Below are positions 26,775 to 38,300 of a stretch of DNA of 64,000 nucleotides, piece after piece. The stretch comes from a virus. Taxonomy: Duplodnaviria > Caudoviricetes. The first letter of the stretch is position 1; the number at the start of each line of letters is the position of its first letter. A model generated the notes under the pieces. That model was not told where the DNA came from, did no database searches, and saw only the letters and a list, made by a program, of their open reading frames with translations. The position numbers were made by a program, and so were the translations under genes. The stretch is from positions 9,283-73,282 of IMG/VR virus record IMGVR_UViG_3300033120_000461; one strand, 5' to 3'.

Positions 26775-29348
26775 ACCCCCAGCATGGGATTCAGGCCCAT
26801 CAGTTGGTTGGTTGGTGGCTGAAGTCAGACCAGAAACTATGCCATCAACGCCATTTCCAACAAGCACTAGACCTACAGCATCTGGGATTGTGATGGAAAG
26901 TGGGATCGAGAGATAGGCACGGATACGTCTCAGGATTTCCTGAATCTCTCGAACTCTCTGCTCCAACATGCTGATGAAGGACAAGATGAGGTCTGCCCCA
27001 CCTTGCACACCAGCTGCGATCGTCTCAAGGAAATCCTGGATGAACGTAGTCACATCTGGGAGGCCAGAGAGATTCCCAATTGACTGGAAGGGCCTGACTG
27101 CAATCCAGCCGCCCGCTGCTGTACTCTCTCCTGCTGCAAGTCCTAGGACTGTTGCAGACAGCCTGTAAACCTCGGGTGTGAAGAGTTCTCGCGCATACCA
27201 AGCTCGTGTTGGTGTGGTGTTCCCTGTCATCCGAGGCACCACAACAGGGGACTGGAGTTGCAGTCGTGTCTCTATCCCGAGAACGCCCCACCCAAACCCA
27301 GGTGGGTTTGTCTTGTATGAGGCAATCACACCCAAATCCCTAGCTATGCCCTTTGAGCGAGTGGGTTCTGTGCTCAACCCCTCAAAACAAGTTGGGTTCT
27401 TCGCCACGTACATCGTGTGTGGGTTACCCTCAGGGTCTGTGACCGTAAGACTCTCCAAGATGGACAAGTTGAGAGACTCAAGACCTGAAGCACCCGCTGT
27501 AGTTGTCTTTGACCATGTCCATTGAAGCAGTTCATTGAACGCAGAGGATCTCAACTCAAGCACAGACTGAGGCAGATTCCCTTGATGCTCGAAAATTTGA
27601 TCCGCCAAGACTGCAATCTTGGTTCGGAGATCACTCCCAAAAGACATGGGAGTCGCTGAAGTAGTGAAGTAGTCCTCAATGTCACCAAAGATGGGCAACA
27701 GGTTCTGTGCGAAAGTCTCAAGGCCAGTCTCTCGATAGGTCGACCTTCTTGTGACCTCCTCGCCATAAGAAGAGGTTACGAGTTCTGTGTATGAGGCCTT
27801 CAGGGCAGGATTCAAGTTCACGCTTGGCAGGAGAACATCGCTCCGAGACAACACCATCACAGCCAACGCTGTGTTAAGTGCTTGAAGATATGTGTCTGCC
27901 TCTGCTGTAGGGAAAGAGACTGAGACAGCGCTGGAAGCCAAACTTCTGTCTGTGGTCTGCAATCCCTCGGCTGCTGGTACGATGTTCACTGACTCAGGGG
28001 TAGTCTTTTGGACTATGTTCCATCGGAATCCTGAGGCGGACGTAACCTTGTTGCTCACAGAGAGAACACGCACGTAGACTGATTGAGGCTTTCTTGCGTT
28101 CCCAAAGTCTGGAGTTCCATCCGGAAGGAATGGGGTTATCCAAGGGAGATCGTCGGCTAGCAACTCAAACGAGTATGTCCCGCCAACCAAAGATTGTGAA
28201 AGCACTTCCTCATGTGAGATGTAGAAAGTGCGTCCGTTGAAGAATCGGCTGTCTCCAGCAGGGCCATCAAACACATTCGTGTGGATAAGCTGAGTGGAAT
28301 CCAAGTTCTGAAGAAAAAACGCTGGTTTCGCACCTGGTTTCAGAGACCCTGATTCTTCAAAACTGTCTTCCCAGTTCACCCCTGGGTCCAACTTGATGGA
28401 ATCCCGACCTCCAAAAATCTGAAGCGGACGACCCGTGTTCCCCTCTAGGTAAAGGCCTGTGGAGTAGGAAGAAGGTGTCTCCGAGCTTCCAACACTAGGC
28501 ACCCCATCCACTCCACCAGTGCTTCCCTCAACAGGAGCAAGGTAGCCAACATACAGACCTTCTGGGAAGCAAGAGACTTCGACAAGGAAGCCATCTGGGG
28601 GGACCAGTGGAGATGGGACTGTCGTGTTGGTCCCAGGACTAGGGGAAAGACCCCACTGTAGAATCGTGCTGGTTCGACCAAGCGTCCTAGATAGGGATGC
28701 TCGGAATGTTGCAACGGATGAGGCAGAGGATCCACCTGTGGGCAGTCTGGTAGAGCCCCCCACGAAGTTGGCCTGCAAACCACTTGGTGTAGGTAGTGGG
28801 TTGGCGTTGATCGAAAAACCAAAGAAGGTAGCGAACCCAGACACAAGCTGGTTGAGGAGATCAAACTGCGCGAAGTCTGGAAGGCCTCCAGGTACTGTCA
28901 CCCCTCGAACACCATCCACAAAAGATACGTCAACCCCAACGTACAAGAACAGAGCGAGGACAGAAGTAGAGGGAGCAAAGGTTGGACGTTGCAGGTCTGT
29001 TCGATCCATCAGGCGAGTGAGCATTCGATTCTGGTAGCCCACGTACCCGCCAAGAAGCTGGTTCCGAGTGCTGTCATCCAGCAGATACCAGTCCCCATGT
29101 ACATAGAAGCCTGCTTTTCGGAAATCCAGAGAGAGTTTCTGCAAGACTGCAATTAGCTCTTGGATGATGGCTTGAATGGGGTTTAGGAGACTCGGGGTGA
29201 AACTCTTGATGATGCTGAGAACACTCAGAGCAATGTCCAATGCTGTGATGACCAGGTCGAAAATTCCATTGACCACAGACACGGCGTCTGTGATCTCGGG
29301 AATCTCGAACCGTATTTGCAGCCCGCCCCATTCTCCTGTGGTTGCCAT
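26706..29348 (-). CDS. putative virion protein (880 aa) with amphipathic helical termini
   Basis: Long ORF; hydrophobic/amphipathic N- and C-terminal helices flank a beta-rich core. Confidence 0.65.
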   Translation of the reverse strand: MATTGEWGGLQIRFEIPEITDAVSVVNGIFDLVITALDIALSVLSIIKSFTPSLLNPIQAIIQELIAVLQKLSLDFRKAGFYVHGDWYLLDDSTRNQLLGGYVGYQNRMLTRLMDRTDLQRPTFAPSTSVLALFLYVGVDVSFVDGVRGVTVPGGLPDFAQFDLLNQLVSGFATFFGFSINANPLPTPSGLQANFVGGSTRLPTGGSSASSVATFRASLSRTLGRTSTILQWGLSPSPGTNTTVPSPLVPPDGFLVEVSCFPEGLYVGYLAPVEGSTGGVDGVPSVGSSETPSSYSTGLYLEGNTGRPLQIFGGRDSIKLDPGVNWEDSFEESGSLKPGAKPAFFLQNLDSTQLIHTNVFDGPAGDSRFFNGRTFYISHEEVLSQSLVGGTYSFELLADDLPWITPFLPDGTPDFGNARKPQSVYVRVLSVSNKVTSASGFRWNIVQKTTPESVNIVPAAEGLQTTDRSLASSAVSVSFPTAEADTYLQALNTALAVMVLSRSDVLLPSVNLNPALKASYTELVTSSYGEEVTRRSTYRETGLETFAQNLLPIFGDIEDYFTTSATPMSFGSDLRTKIAVLADQIFEHQGNLPQSVLELRSSAFNELLQWTWSKTTTAGASGLESLNLSILESLTVTDPEGNPHTMYVAKNPTCFEGLSTEPTRSKGIARDLGVIASYKTNPPGFGWGVLGIETRLQLQSPVVVPRMTGNTTPTRAWYARELFTPEVYRLSATVLGLAAGESTAAGGWIAVRPFQSIGNLSGLPDVTTFIQDFLETIAAGVQGGADLILSFISMLEQRVREIQEILRRIRAYLSIPLSITIPDAVGLVLVGNGVDGIVSGLTSATNQPTDGPESHAGGLVVLAGGVPALITDLISLLVAS

Positions 29349-29447
29349 GCTTTGCTTTCTTCTTTCTCCTCTACTTTACCCATCGTCAAGAAAAAGAGCC
29401 TCAGGGAGTAAATTGGGAAAAGAGGCGTGGCCAAACGTTAGCGACAC

Positions 29448-29819
29448 ATGGAACAAGAGAAGAAGCAAGAACTCCACTGGATGCCAATCCACCCAGATGG
29501 GCGAGGCCGAGGTCAAATTCCTATTGTGGGATTTGGCCCAGACTTTGTCTGGACTCTCGGGAGACATCGGAATGAGGCTGAGAAGCCAACACTTCCATTC
29601 GTGCCTTCGCATGGACACAACGCTTTCCTGGAAGACCCCATCTACGACTACGTTTCACGACATGGAGAGTTTCACTACCACTCTCGGATCATCGACCTCA
29701 CCAATTCTGGCGTTTGGCTCCTCTTTGAGTACAAGAATCGAACCCCAGACTACTTTGACAAGAGGTCTCTGGGTGAACTCCACATCAAGAGATTGCTGAG
29801 CCCCAAGAAAGTCGGGTGA
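29448..29819 (+). CDS. hypothetical protein
   Basis: First gene of the plus-strand cluster, divergent from the 880-aa gene. Confidence 0.65.
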   Translation: MEQEKKQELHWMPIHPDGRGRGQIPIVGFGPDFVWTLGRHRNEAEKPTLPFVPSHGHNAFLEDPIYDYVSRHGEFHYHSRIIDLTNSGVWLLFEYKNRTPDYFDKRSLGELHIKRLLSPKKVG

Positions 29820-30172
29820 ACAATGGACTGCCATTTGAACTGCCATGGAGAACTCAATCACCTCGCAATGGTCATACCATTCCTAGCCATGGGCTGGCTC
29901 CGCCTCCGCCTCTGGTGGCGCGGGCACGTCTGATGGTGAAGGACGACGACTTGCTCTCCCCAGTCGTCTCAGTGGGAGACGTGACTCAGTACAAGGTCAA
30001 TCCTGTAGACATCACCAGAATTGAAAAACCACCAGGTAGGCACACTGTCATAACTCCTGAACGAGAAGCCGAACTCCGAGCAATTCGAGCTAGGGAGCGG
30101 AAGGAGTTTGGTAGTGACTACAACGTCATAGACGGGCTCTTGGACTTGATCTCCGAACTGAGAAAGACCTAG
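29816..30172 (+). CDS. hypothetical protein
   Basis: GTGA overlap with previous gene. Confidence 0.6.
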   Translation: MNNGLPFELPWRTQSPRNGHTIPSHGLAPPPPLVARARLMVKDDDLLSPVVSVGDVTQYKVNPVDITRIEKPPGRHTVITPEREAELRAIRARERKEFGSDYNVIDGLLDLISELRKT

Positions 30173-30435
30173 GTCTCATCATCAGGAGACTTCTCATCCA
30201 AACCTGGAAGGAACTTTCCTGAGAGGAATTCAATACCTTCTGAGAGGTGGTCCCGTGCTGCCACAAAGTGTTGGACAGCACCACCCACCGCAGGTAGCGA
30301 ACTAGAGGAAATTCTCTTGGCTCTAGCGAGAGATGCACGGACCCTGCGCCATGCCTTTCCAGCTCTTTCCGAGTTTGAGTCTGTTTGACTCAGAAAGTAC
30401 CCATCAAGGGTTGCAATGTCTTCGTGGTCGCTCAT
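30169..30435 (-). CDS. hypothetical protein
   Basis: GAGG SD upstream; convergent 4-nt overlap with previous gene. Confidence 0.55.
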   Translation of the reverse strand: MSDHEDIATLDGYFLSQTDSNSERAGKAWRRVRASLARAKRISSSSLPAVGGAVQHFVAARDHLSEGIEFLSGKFLPGLDEKSPDDET

Positions 30436-30495
30436 CTCGTCCTCACCATTGAGTTTCGATAAGGTCGAAACCTAAGTTGCTACCTGGAGCCAACC

Positions 30496-30861
30496 TTGTT
30501 CATTACCGCTCTCTGTCTGTTTCTGACCTTCCTTGTGGTTTCCAAAACCATAGGTCAGCTAGGCAAGCCTCTATTGGTTTTGGTTACCGCTCGGGCCAAG
30601 AGACTGAGTGACGAACAAGAACACCGCCAGAAGATGGAGCGAAGCCGTGCAAAGGCTGAGCTAGAACTACTCACTGCCTCTAAATTGGAAGACGTCCTAG
30701 GTGTTCTGATTGCAGACCGCTCAATGAGTGACAGCGTCCGCGAGCAACTAGACCGAATCCACCCACCTCCTATCAAGGTTCGTGTAGACGATCCCGATAG
30801 CCGTCCTCAAGAGAAAGAGGAAGTCAAAGTGGTGCGGAAGAGTAAGAGAAGGAATCAATGA
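30496..30861 (+). CDS. single-pass membrane protein with coiled coil
   Basis: N-terminal hydrophobic helix FITALCLFLTFLVVS, then a charged helix; GGAG SD. Confidence 0.7.
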   Translation: MFITALCLFLTFLVVSKTIGQLGKPLLVLVTARAKRLSDEQEHRQKMERSRAKAELELLTASKLEDVLGVLIADRSMSDSVREQLDRIHPPPIKVRVDDPDSRPQEKEEVKVVRKSKRRNQ

Positions 30862-30891
30862 CTGAACCAAGGTCGCCGTCAAGGAATACTC

Positions 30892-31302
30892 ATGAGACAT
30901 CTACAAGTTGACGCTCCAAACAAGAAATGCTCCTGCGATGCGTTTGGGGACGGACCTTGCCCAGTTCATGCGGAGGAATGTCGTCTCCAAAACGAACGTT
31001 TGAGGCAAGAAGCGGAAGAACTGAAAAAGACGGGTGTACGTTGCTACGTCATCGGACGACTCAATTACGTCATCCCACATGGCTCTAAGACCGGATCTTT
31101 TGTTCTCTCGTATGTGTTCACAAGTTCAAGAGATGCTTTGAATCAGAGGACTATCCCACTGACTGGAGAGACATTTGTGAACATTCTCCAGACAGATCCA
31201 CATCTGGACTACCCGAGTGCAATGAAATCAGCGAAAGAGACGTACTTCAAGTGTTTTCCGGAACTGAGCATGGACCTTGGGATTGAATCATCTTTTGGTT
31301 GA
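30892..31302 (+). CDS. hypothetical protein with N-terminal CxC..CPxH
   Basis: AAGGA SD; CSC..CPVH motif. Confidence 0.7.
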   Translation: MRHLQVDAPNKKCSCDAFGDGPCPVHAEECRLQNERLRQEAEELKKTGVRCYVIGRLNYVIPHGSKTGSFVLSYVFTSSRDALNQRTIPLTGETFVNILQTDPHLDYPSAMKSAKETYFKCFPELSMDLGIESSFG

Positions 31303-31311
31303 GGATAGAAC

Positions 31312-31533
31312 ATGAAGAAGATTACGTTGGAGATCCTCAACAGAACTCAGTGTCCCTTCAGGGAGGAATCCAACTGGACTGGAAATCCTTTCTGCATGCA
31401 CCCCCTCCGGGAAGAACGCAAGGGGAACCCCATGTGTCAGCCGAAACACAAAGATATTGTCCCTGGAGACTTTCCACCATTGTGCCCTCTTACAGAGGGC
31501 GAGACAGTTCCTGGTGGATCACTTCTTTGGTGA
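31312..31533 (+). CDS. small Cys-rich protein (PxxCPL family)
   Basis: GAGG SD; QCPF...FCMHP..MC..PPLCPL. Confidence 0.65.
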   Translation: MKKITLEILNRTQCPFREESNWTGNPFCMHPLREERKGNPMCQPKHKDIVPGDFPPLCPLTEGETVPGGSLLW

Positions 31534-31596
31534 GGAGAAAAGACGACATGACTTTCGTTATCTGGGTGTCGTCCCTCTCAACCTCAAGAGTCCGCC

Positions 31597-31875
31597 ATGC
31601 GAGCAAGAGTCCTTGATAACAAGTCCATCTGTAACCAACACGTAGAGTTGATTCTCGAAAATGGGGAGCACCTCTACATCACAATCCGAAGAGTCAACCT
31701 TGAACACTATCAGGGCCGAAGCCTTGAAGTCTCCATGGGTCAGAATGAGAGTCGGTCCTTCGATATCAAGGACTACCCACAAATCCAAGAGGAACTAGTC
31801 TCTGAGGACTTTAAGGTCCTGAAACACCTCTCATTTGAGGGTCAGTTTGTCGAGATTCCATCCGAGCTTCTGTGA
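31597..31875 (+). CDS. hypothetical protein
   Basis: 92-aa ORF in the plus cluster; start uncertain. Confidence 0.55.
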   Translation: MRARVLDNKSICNQHVELILENGEHLYITIRRVNLEHYQGRSLEVSMGQNESRSFDIKDYPQIQEELVSEDFKVLKHLSFEGQFVEIPSELL

Positions 31876-31901
31876 GTGGGTAGAGTTGGGTTACGAAGGA
31901 G

Positions 31902-32099
31902 ATGACCATGACAGGAAGTTTTGACAAAGTCTTGATGGATATGGCACGCGATGAGCGTGAACGTGCAGCTGAACTCATTCGTGAGGAGAACGAGCAGAGG
32001 ATGCTTGGGAACACAGCCCCAGCGAAGGATCTTGGGGATCTTGCTGCGCACACTCTGTCTTGTGCATCAGAGTTGGAACGCGCAGCAGTGTTGTCGTGA
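31902..32099 (+). CDS. small helical hypothetical protein
   Basis: AAGGAG SD. Confidence 0.6.
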   Translation: MTMTGSFDKVLMDMARDERERAAELIREENEQRMLGNTAPAKDLGDLAAHTLSCASELERAAVLS

Positions 32100-32100
32100 G

Positions 32101-32334
32101 CTAAGCTCCACCGCCTCGGTTGAGACGAGACAACGCTTCCCTGAGCGTTAGAATCTTCTCCTCATTGCTGCTTTTCTGAGCCTCCAAAAGGTCTGCCACC
32201 TTTTGGAGGCTTTCACGTTGGTGCTGGATGAATGGGAGTTTGCCCAAATCAATGGACTTCGTCTTAGTCCAGTTTGGGCTCTCTGGGTCCAACCCAAGCT
32301 TGATGAGATTCTCCCGTAGTTCCTCAGGTGTCAT
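32101..32334 (-). CDS. small coiled-coil protein coupled to the giant gene
   Basis: ATGA overlap with the 3599-aa gene stop. Confidence 0.7.
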   Translation of the reverse strand: MTPEELRENLIKLGLDPESPNWTKTKSIDLGKLPFIQHQRESLQKVADLLEAQKSSNEEKILTLREALSRLNRGGGA

Positions 32335-35300
32335 ACCTTCTCAGTACCCTTCACCAAGGTCAAAAGACGCTGTTGCTCGGCCTTACGGCGTGGTGCTTCT
32401 TCGTCGAATCGACGGATGCTCGCCAAAGTACCAGACACTCGGTCTGTGCGAACTGTGAGCCATGCCCAACGAGAGTTTCTGAGTTGGTCACGCTGCTCAA
32501 GAGCTTCTTCGATCCTATCTGGCAACGTGGGTCGACCAACGCCATTTTCAAAGTCAGCATATGGAGGGTCAAGTGGGGAGAATGGAGGGCGAAGATAGTC
32601 AAGTCTGAAGTCAAGACCCCAAAACCTGCGGTCCAGAATAGATAGACAGTCAGAGGAATTCGCGAAAGGGGACTCTCGAACAAGTCCCTCAAGGCCTGCG
32701 ATGTAGGCATCGAAGAGAACACCAAGGCCATCCAAGGGATCTGATGTGTCTCCAAGGTCTGCAATGTGTTCATCTCTCTGGAAGACGAAGTACGACCCAG
32801 ATTTCTCAGCCTCGAAAATCCCTCTGAGTTCTTCCATCCAAGAGAGCATTCTCTCTCGGGTAGCTAGAATCAGCTCCACAGTCTCCTCAGTGAGGAATGT
32901 GGTAGGTCGAATCACCTTGTACGCAAATGGAGCAATCGAGAGCCAATTGGACGCAAAGGAGTTTGTCCCATCCGCATAACCCGTTGGACGCAAATCCATT
33001 TGACCTTCCAAGCCTCCTGACAAGAGAGACCCGTGAACCGTTGGGTAAACAGCATACTGCCCATCTATGATGGCATCTGCTGATGTCCGATTACCTGCCA
33101 GGACTCCGCCCAAAGGCACAACACCAAGTGTTGTGGGTGTCACGGTCAGGACCTTGTAGTACCCTCGATTGTCATCGATGCGATGTGGTGAGCCTGGGAC
33201 ATAGGTCGGAGCCCCTCGTGGGAGAACAGAAGTGTCCCCAAACGGTCGAACACCACGTTCTGGAGTAGGTGCAAAACCCGTGGGTCCTCTAAGAGGTCCT
33301 GCTGGGTCAACAACCAGAATGTCCCCCTGTTGAATCCCAAGGGCTCCGAAATCGAGTGTGTCAGTCAGTATGTTGACGCTTTGGTCGTAGGCTACTTGAG
33401 GATCTACGTCGGCCACATAGGCGACTGAACCTCCTACTTGGGTGATAAGGTCAGCTGGTCTGTCCAGAAGGATCCGGTCTGTCGCAAGTTCCAGGAGTTC
33501 TGCACAAGACTGCTCATGTGGCACTGGTGCAGACCTCAGGTAGATCTCAAATCTAGTGCCTGGACCCACCAAATTCAGAGCATTCTTTGAGAGCGTGAGG
33601 GTTCTACCAGTCTCTACTACAAGAACCTCGGCTACAGCCACAACTTCACCACTCAAGTTGGACAAAAATCTTACAGAGTCTCCAGCACGGATCCCAATGT
33701 TCGAGTTTGTGAAGTCCCCAAGCTGAGTAGCCCGACCACCTACAAGTGGTTGAGGCGGGTTTTGTGTGTCCACGGGTTGTGCAACGAGAACTCCAGTAGA
33801 CCCTGAACCTGTGAATGTCTGAACGATTCCACGACGAATCTCGTAGACAAATCGTAGGTCACGCAGTGAATCCGCCAGTGCTCCGAAGGAGTCATGGAAT
33901 CTTCGAATCCGACGCACCTCAACCTGACCTACCTCCAAAAGAGACCCTCCACTTGGACCTACGCCTGAGATGTAGGATGAGATGTTTCGAGTCCCAATTT
34001 CAGAGGTGAGAAGAGAGTGCCCTGCATCAACAACGTTGACTCTCGTAGCAGCCAGATCATTCCCCGAAACAGGAAAAGAGGGCTCCACAAAAAGTCCATT
34101 TTGAGCATGGTAACGAAGTTCAAAGATGTCGTTGGGGTAGAGGCATGCTGGTCCAGCACCGTGAATCGTCGTCCAGGAGAAATTGCTCAAATCCAAACCA
34201 CCTGGGATGTTGTCGTAAACAGGCTCATCAAGTTGGAGGAACGATGTCGAAGCCACCTTCACTTTTGAGTACACCGAGATCTGTGCAGGTCCTGGTGGTA
34301 CGCCCACCAACGTTGCAATTCCAGCATCGTAGGTGACGGACCCAAATGAGCTACGGGATGCAGTCACTTCCCTAAACCCAAAGTAGAATTCTGTTCCTAA
34401 AGGAGGGCTTGGCCAGACTGTGTACCCTGGGAGATTTTGAGCGACTGACCCTTCCTGCCAGACATTTACAGGGAGAATTGTCATCCCAGACACACGAACA
34501 CCGAACGCGGCCGCGTTCTGGAACGCTGTGAGTGTGATTGGGTTTCCAACCGCATCCTGAAATCCTGAAAGGCCTAGGAACCTGGAACCAGGACCATCCA
34601 GAGAGGAGTAAGCAGCAGAGACTGCGCTTCCAGCACTCCCCACCAAAGACTCATTCAAAATCAGGAACACACGTCCTGAAGATGGGAAGGCAAAAGAAGA
34701 AGCGACAGGTGCAGCATTCAGGTCTTGAAGTGGGCTCAAGGGAAGAAGAGATGAGACCGTTAGGTCTGATCCAACCATGCTCACAACCGTTGGGAATCTG
34801 AAGTCGAACCACCCTGCATCCCCCACAGAAACCGTAAGGTCCAGTCGATGTCCTGGAAGGTCCAAAGGCGTGCTTTCTACAGCTGCCCGAACAAGATACG
34901 TCCCCACTTTTCCAGAACCCACAGGGGCAGAAAGAACCAAAAAGGGATCATAAACTCCCTTCATGATGGCCACATCACCAGGTTGAACCCGACCCAAGCT
35001 ACCTGTGTGTGTTGTAATTGGGATGAATACGTTCTCCCCCACTATGGAGAATGGAGCCCCTGGTCCCTGTAGCTCTCCAACGAAGAACGTCCCATTGAGA
35101 ATTGGGCCTACACCATCTTGGCGAGAGGATGGAATTGCCGTGAAAGTAATGTCAGTGGCATCGATTGGGATGTTGCCCTGACCTTCAAACCCAAGAACCC
35201 TGAGCGAACCAACTCCAGCCGCCCAAGTCCCAACCCCGTTTACAGAAGGTGTCAAATTTCGAGTTGGGAGGGTGAATGGGAGTCCGTCATTGATGTTGTC

Positions 35301-38300
35301 TATGTCGTTCACCAAGTTGGAGCGAGCAACTAGAGTTGCTGTGGTCGTGTCAAAAAGAGTGGCTCCAAAGAATCTAGTCGAGAGTTGGCATTCCATGAGG
35401 GACCCTCCAGGGAAGGGATGTACGAACCCTCTAGGCAAGGCAGATCGAAAGTCGATTCGGTCTTGGAAAGTCACTCGATCAGAGTTGATGGTAGCAAACT
35501 CAGAAATGTTGCTGAGCACAGAGAACGTGAAGTCATGGAAACCACTTGTTGTTGTGGTGCCTGGTGGTCCAACTACTGGGTTGTAGGGTCCGAAATTGAA
35601 GAATGGGGTGTTCGTCTTGATGACGACTCGATCTGGTAGGAAGTAGAATCCCCCTGGGGTGACAGGCACGGCTGTGACTCCGTTGTCCCCAGAAACCTCG
35701 AAGACTGATGTGAGGATGTCTGCACCAGTTGAGATCTTCTCCACTCGGACTGTGCTTCCAGGCACGAACTGACCTGTGGCCTTGTTTATCAGACGAATCC
35801 AGAGAACTGACCCCTTGTCGTTTGTTCCAAACACGTCATTGAGACCGCCTACAGGTACCGGAAGCAGGCCTCCGCCTGATCCGTCATCAAGCACAATCGA
35901 AGAGGACCCAACCGAAGACAGATCGAAAATGGTCTCGTCTGGAGAAAGAGTCGTGTCCTCTTGAACGACAATCCCTGACCCGTACAATGGGTAAGCAACC
36001 CATGCAATCCCATGGTCTACCTGGTACGTGAGGTTCCCATTTACAGGAGTGACAAACCGAGGAAGGTCAATCTGGTTTGGGGCACCTGGTTGAATTCTCG
36101 CAATGGAGTGCACTCCAGTTGACCCCAACGGGAATCCTGCAACTCCAGGTACTCCTGTTGGAGCCTGGATAAGCAAGAGGTCATATGGGTTGACATCACC
36201 AACCCCAGCATGACCTGGAGGAGGTGGATAAGCGCCCGATGAAGTACCACGGAACAAGTCCTCGAAGGTGGTGAGCGTAGATCGCTCTGAGGGTGGCGTG
36301 GTTTGAACTCGTCCAGCAGAACCCAAGGTCTCATCTGGGAAAACTGCCTCTGTGAAATAAGCAGGGACAGATGGAGGGGCAACTGGTGGTGGGTTTGGGC
36401 TGTCCGACCTCACAAGAGTGGAGATCAGGGAGGCAGCGGAGCCCAAGATCTCCAACTCGTTTGTTGGAGACCCGTAGTATGGAAGGGAGTAATCCCCTGA
36501 GTCCAGAGTCTTCTCACCCTTGAGTCCTGGGAACAAAACTGGAAGTCGTGACCCGTTCTGGAACGAAACAACGGCTTCCAACGTCGAGAGTGGGGCTGGT
36601 GGATGCTGGCCTGTAATCTCCTTCAGACCAAACAGAGTAGGGTCTGAAAACGATGGGAGAGTGGCATCAGTCAACTCACCTGTGCGAGCTGTGAAGTTGA
36701 GGTCTGTACCAGTCCTATAGGTCGGGGTCGTGCTCGTGAAAGCCTGGAGTTCAGCAATGGTGGGAGGATCCGAAGTTACAGGGAGGACAGAACCAGTCCC
36801 TGGAATAGCAAAGACTGTGTCCCCACGAGAAGGATTGAGCACAGAACCGTTAGTTGGAGAGGACAGTGACAAAAGCAAGAGGGCATCAAGAATGGGTACA
36901 TCTGCTCCGGATATGTCCTTGCTCTTGAGGGTGATCACACACCCCTTCAACACGGCGTCAACAAAGACCCCTGCGTAACGGGATTCAGGACCTACTGGGA
37001 ATGTGGTTCCGGCATACCCAAGTTCGGTTGAACTTCCATCTGGGGAACCTACTGCCAGCTGCATTCCAGGCGCAAAGGGAGGCGTGTGTAGTTCAGGAGA
37101 TCCCGTGAGGAGGTCATTCAGCCCCGTGGGCAATGGACCTCCACTCTCCGACGCCAACTGTGTGGTGTCTGGAAGACCTGTGTCTGACAGGATTGGGAAT
37201 TCCACAAGAGAGAGTGGGGTCGCGATGATGGAAGGCCTACCTGAGGAAAGAGCATCAACCTCAGGGAAACCTGTGGGGGAGTAAGCCCAGACCCGAGCCC
37301 TAGCTCGACGATCCCGAGCCTGGACACCCAACACATTCTGTATCTGTCCCAGGACCGGGTTTTCTAGTTGCCCAATCGTGGTCCCTGTAGTCGAACGTAG
37401 AGAGAATGGAGCGCCAAAAAGGAAACCAAGAGGGTCAAGCCCAAGCTTTCCTGCTGAGTAGACTCCTGGAGCCCCTGTTGCCTCATCCCCATCAAGACCT
37501 GGACTGAGGGTTGTGAAACCCATGGTCTTTTCTGGGAAGAGTCTGGAGAAAGGACTTGCTTGACTCAAATCTGAGAACTGGCCGAAGGATAGAACTCGGA
37601 AGGTGATGAACCCACTCAATTTTCGTTCTGTCCGAATACGAGTCGTCAACACCACATCATCAATGTCATTCTTCACAAGGATTTCTTGATATCCTGTGAG
37701 AGCAGAGAAAGAAGATGGGTCTTGGTATGCTCCGAAGGGCCTACCGTTTGAGTCCACCTGGGTGTTGAGAGGATCTGTTACAGGATCCGTCGTCAACAGC
37801 TGAATCATCGGAAGACCAGAGCGAGCTGAAGTCCAAGCATCAAACCAAAGCACCCTTGGATTGAGTGCTCCAGTGATCTGGTCTTCGTATCCAGGAGGCG
37901 TCCAAGGATCATCCTTGCCCACGTAGAGACGAAGCTTCCCGTCCTTCTCCCCAACCAACTCTCCACTCAGAGTCTCTGTGATCTGCTCAAATGAAGAGAT
38001 TGTTGAGTTGAAGAACCCCAGGAAGGCACGCGCCGCCCGGTCTTTGTCTATGAGGTTTGATCTCTCTGAAGAGATACCCACCCTACCAAAGTCGCCATTG
38101 GACTTGACTTCGCCTGTTGAGAGGGTTGGACCCAAAGAAGGCTCAGATGCTGTAGCCTGCTTCTGAATCTCCAAGGCCACATCCCCCACATAGGATTTGA
38201 AGGACTTGGCCTGTACGAAGAATGAGTCCGGGCTTTCAAAGGTGTAGGTGCCTTGAAGCAGCCCGCCTTCTCTTCCATTCTGCTTTGAAGGAGGGTCTAC

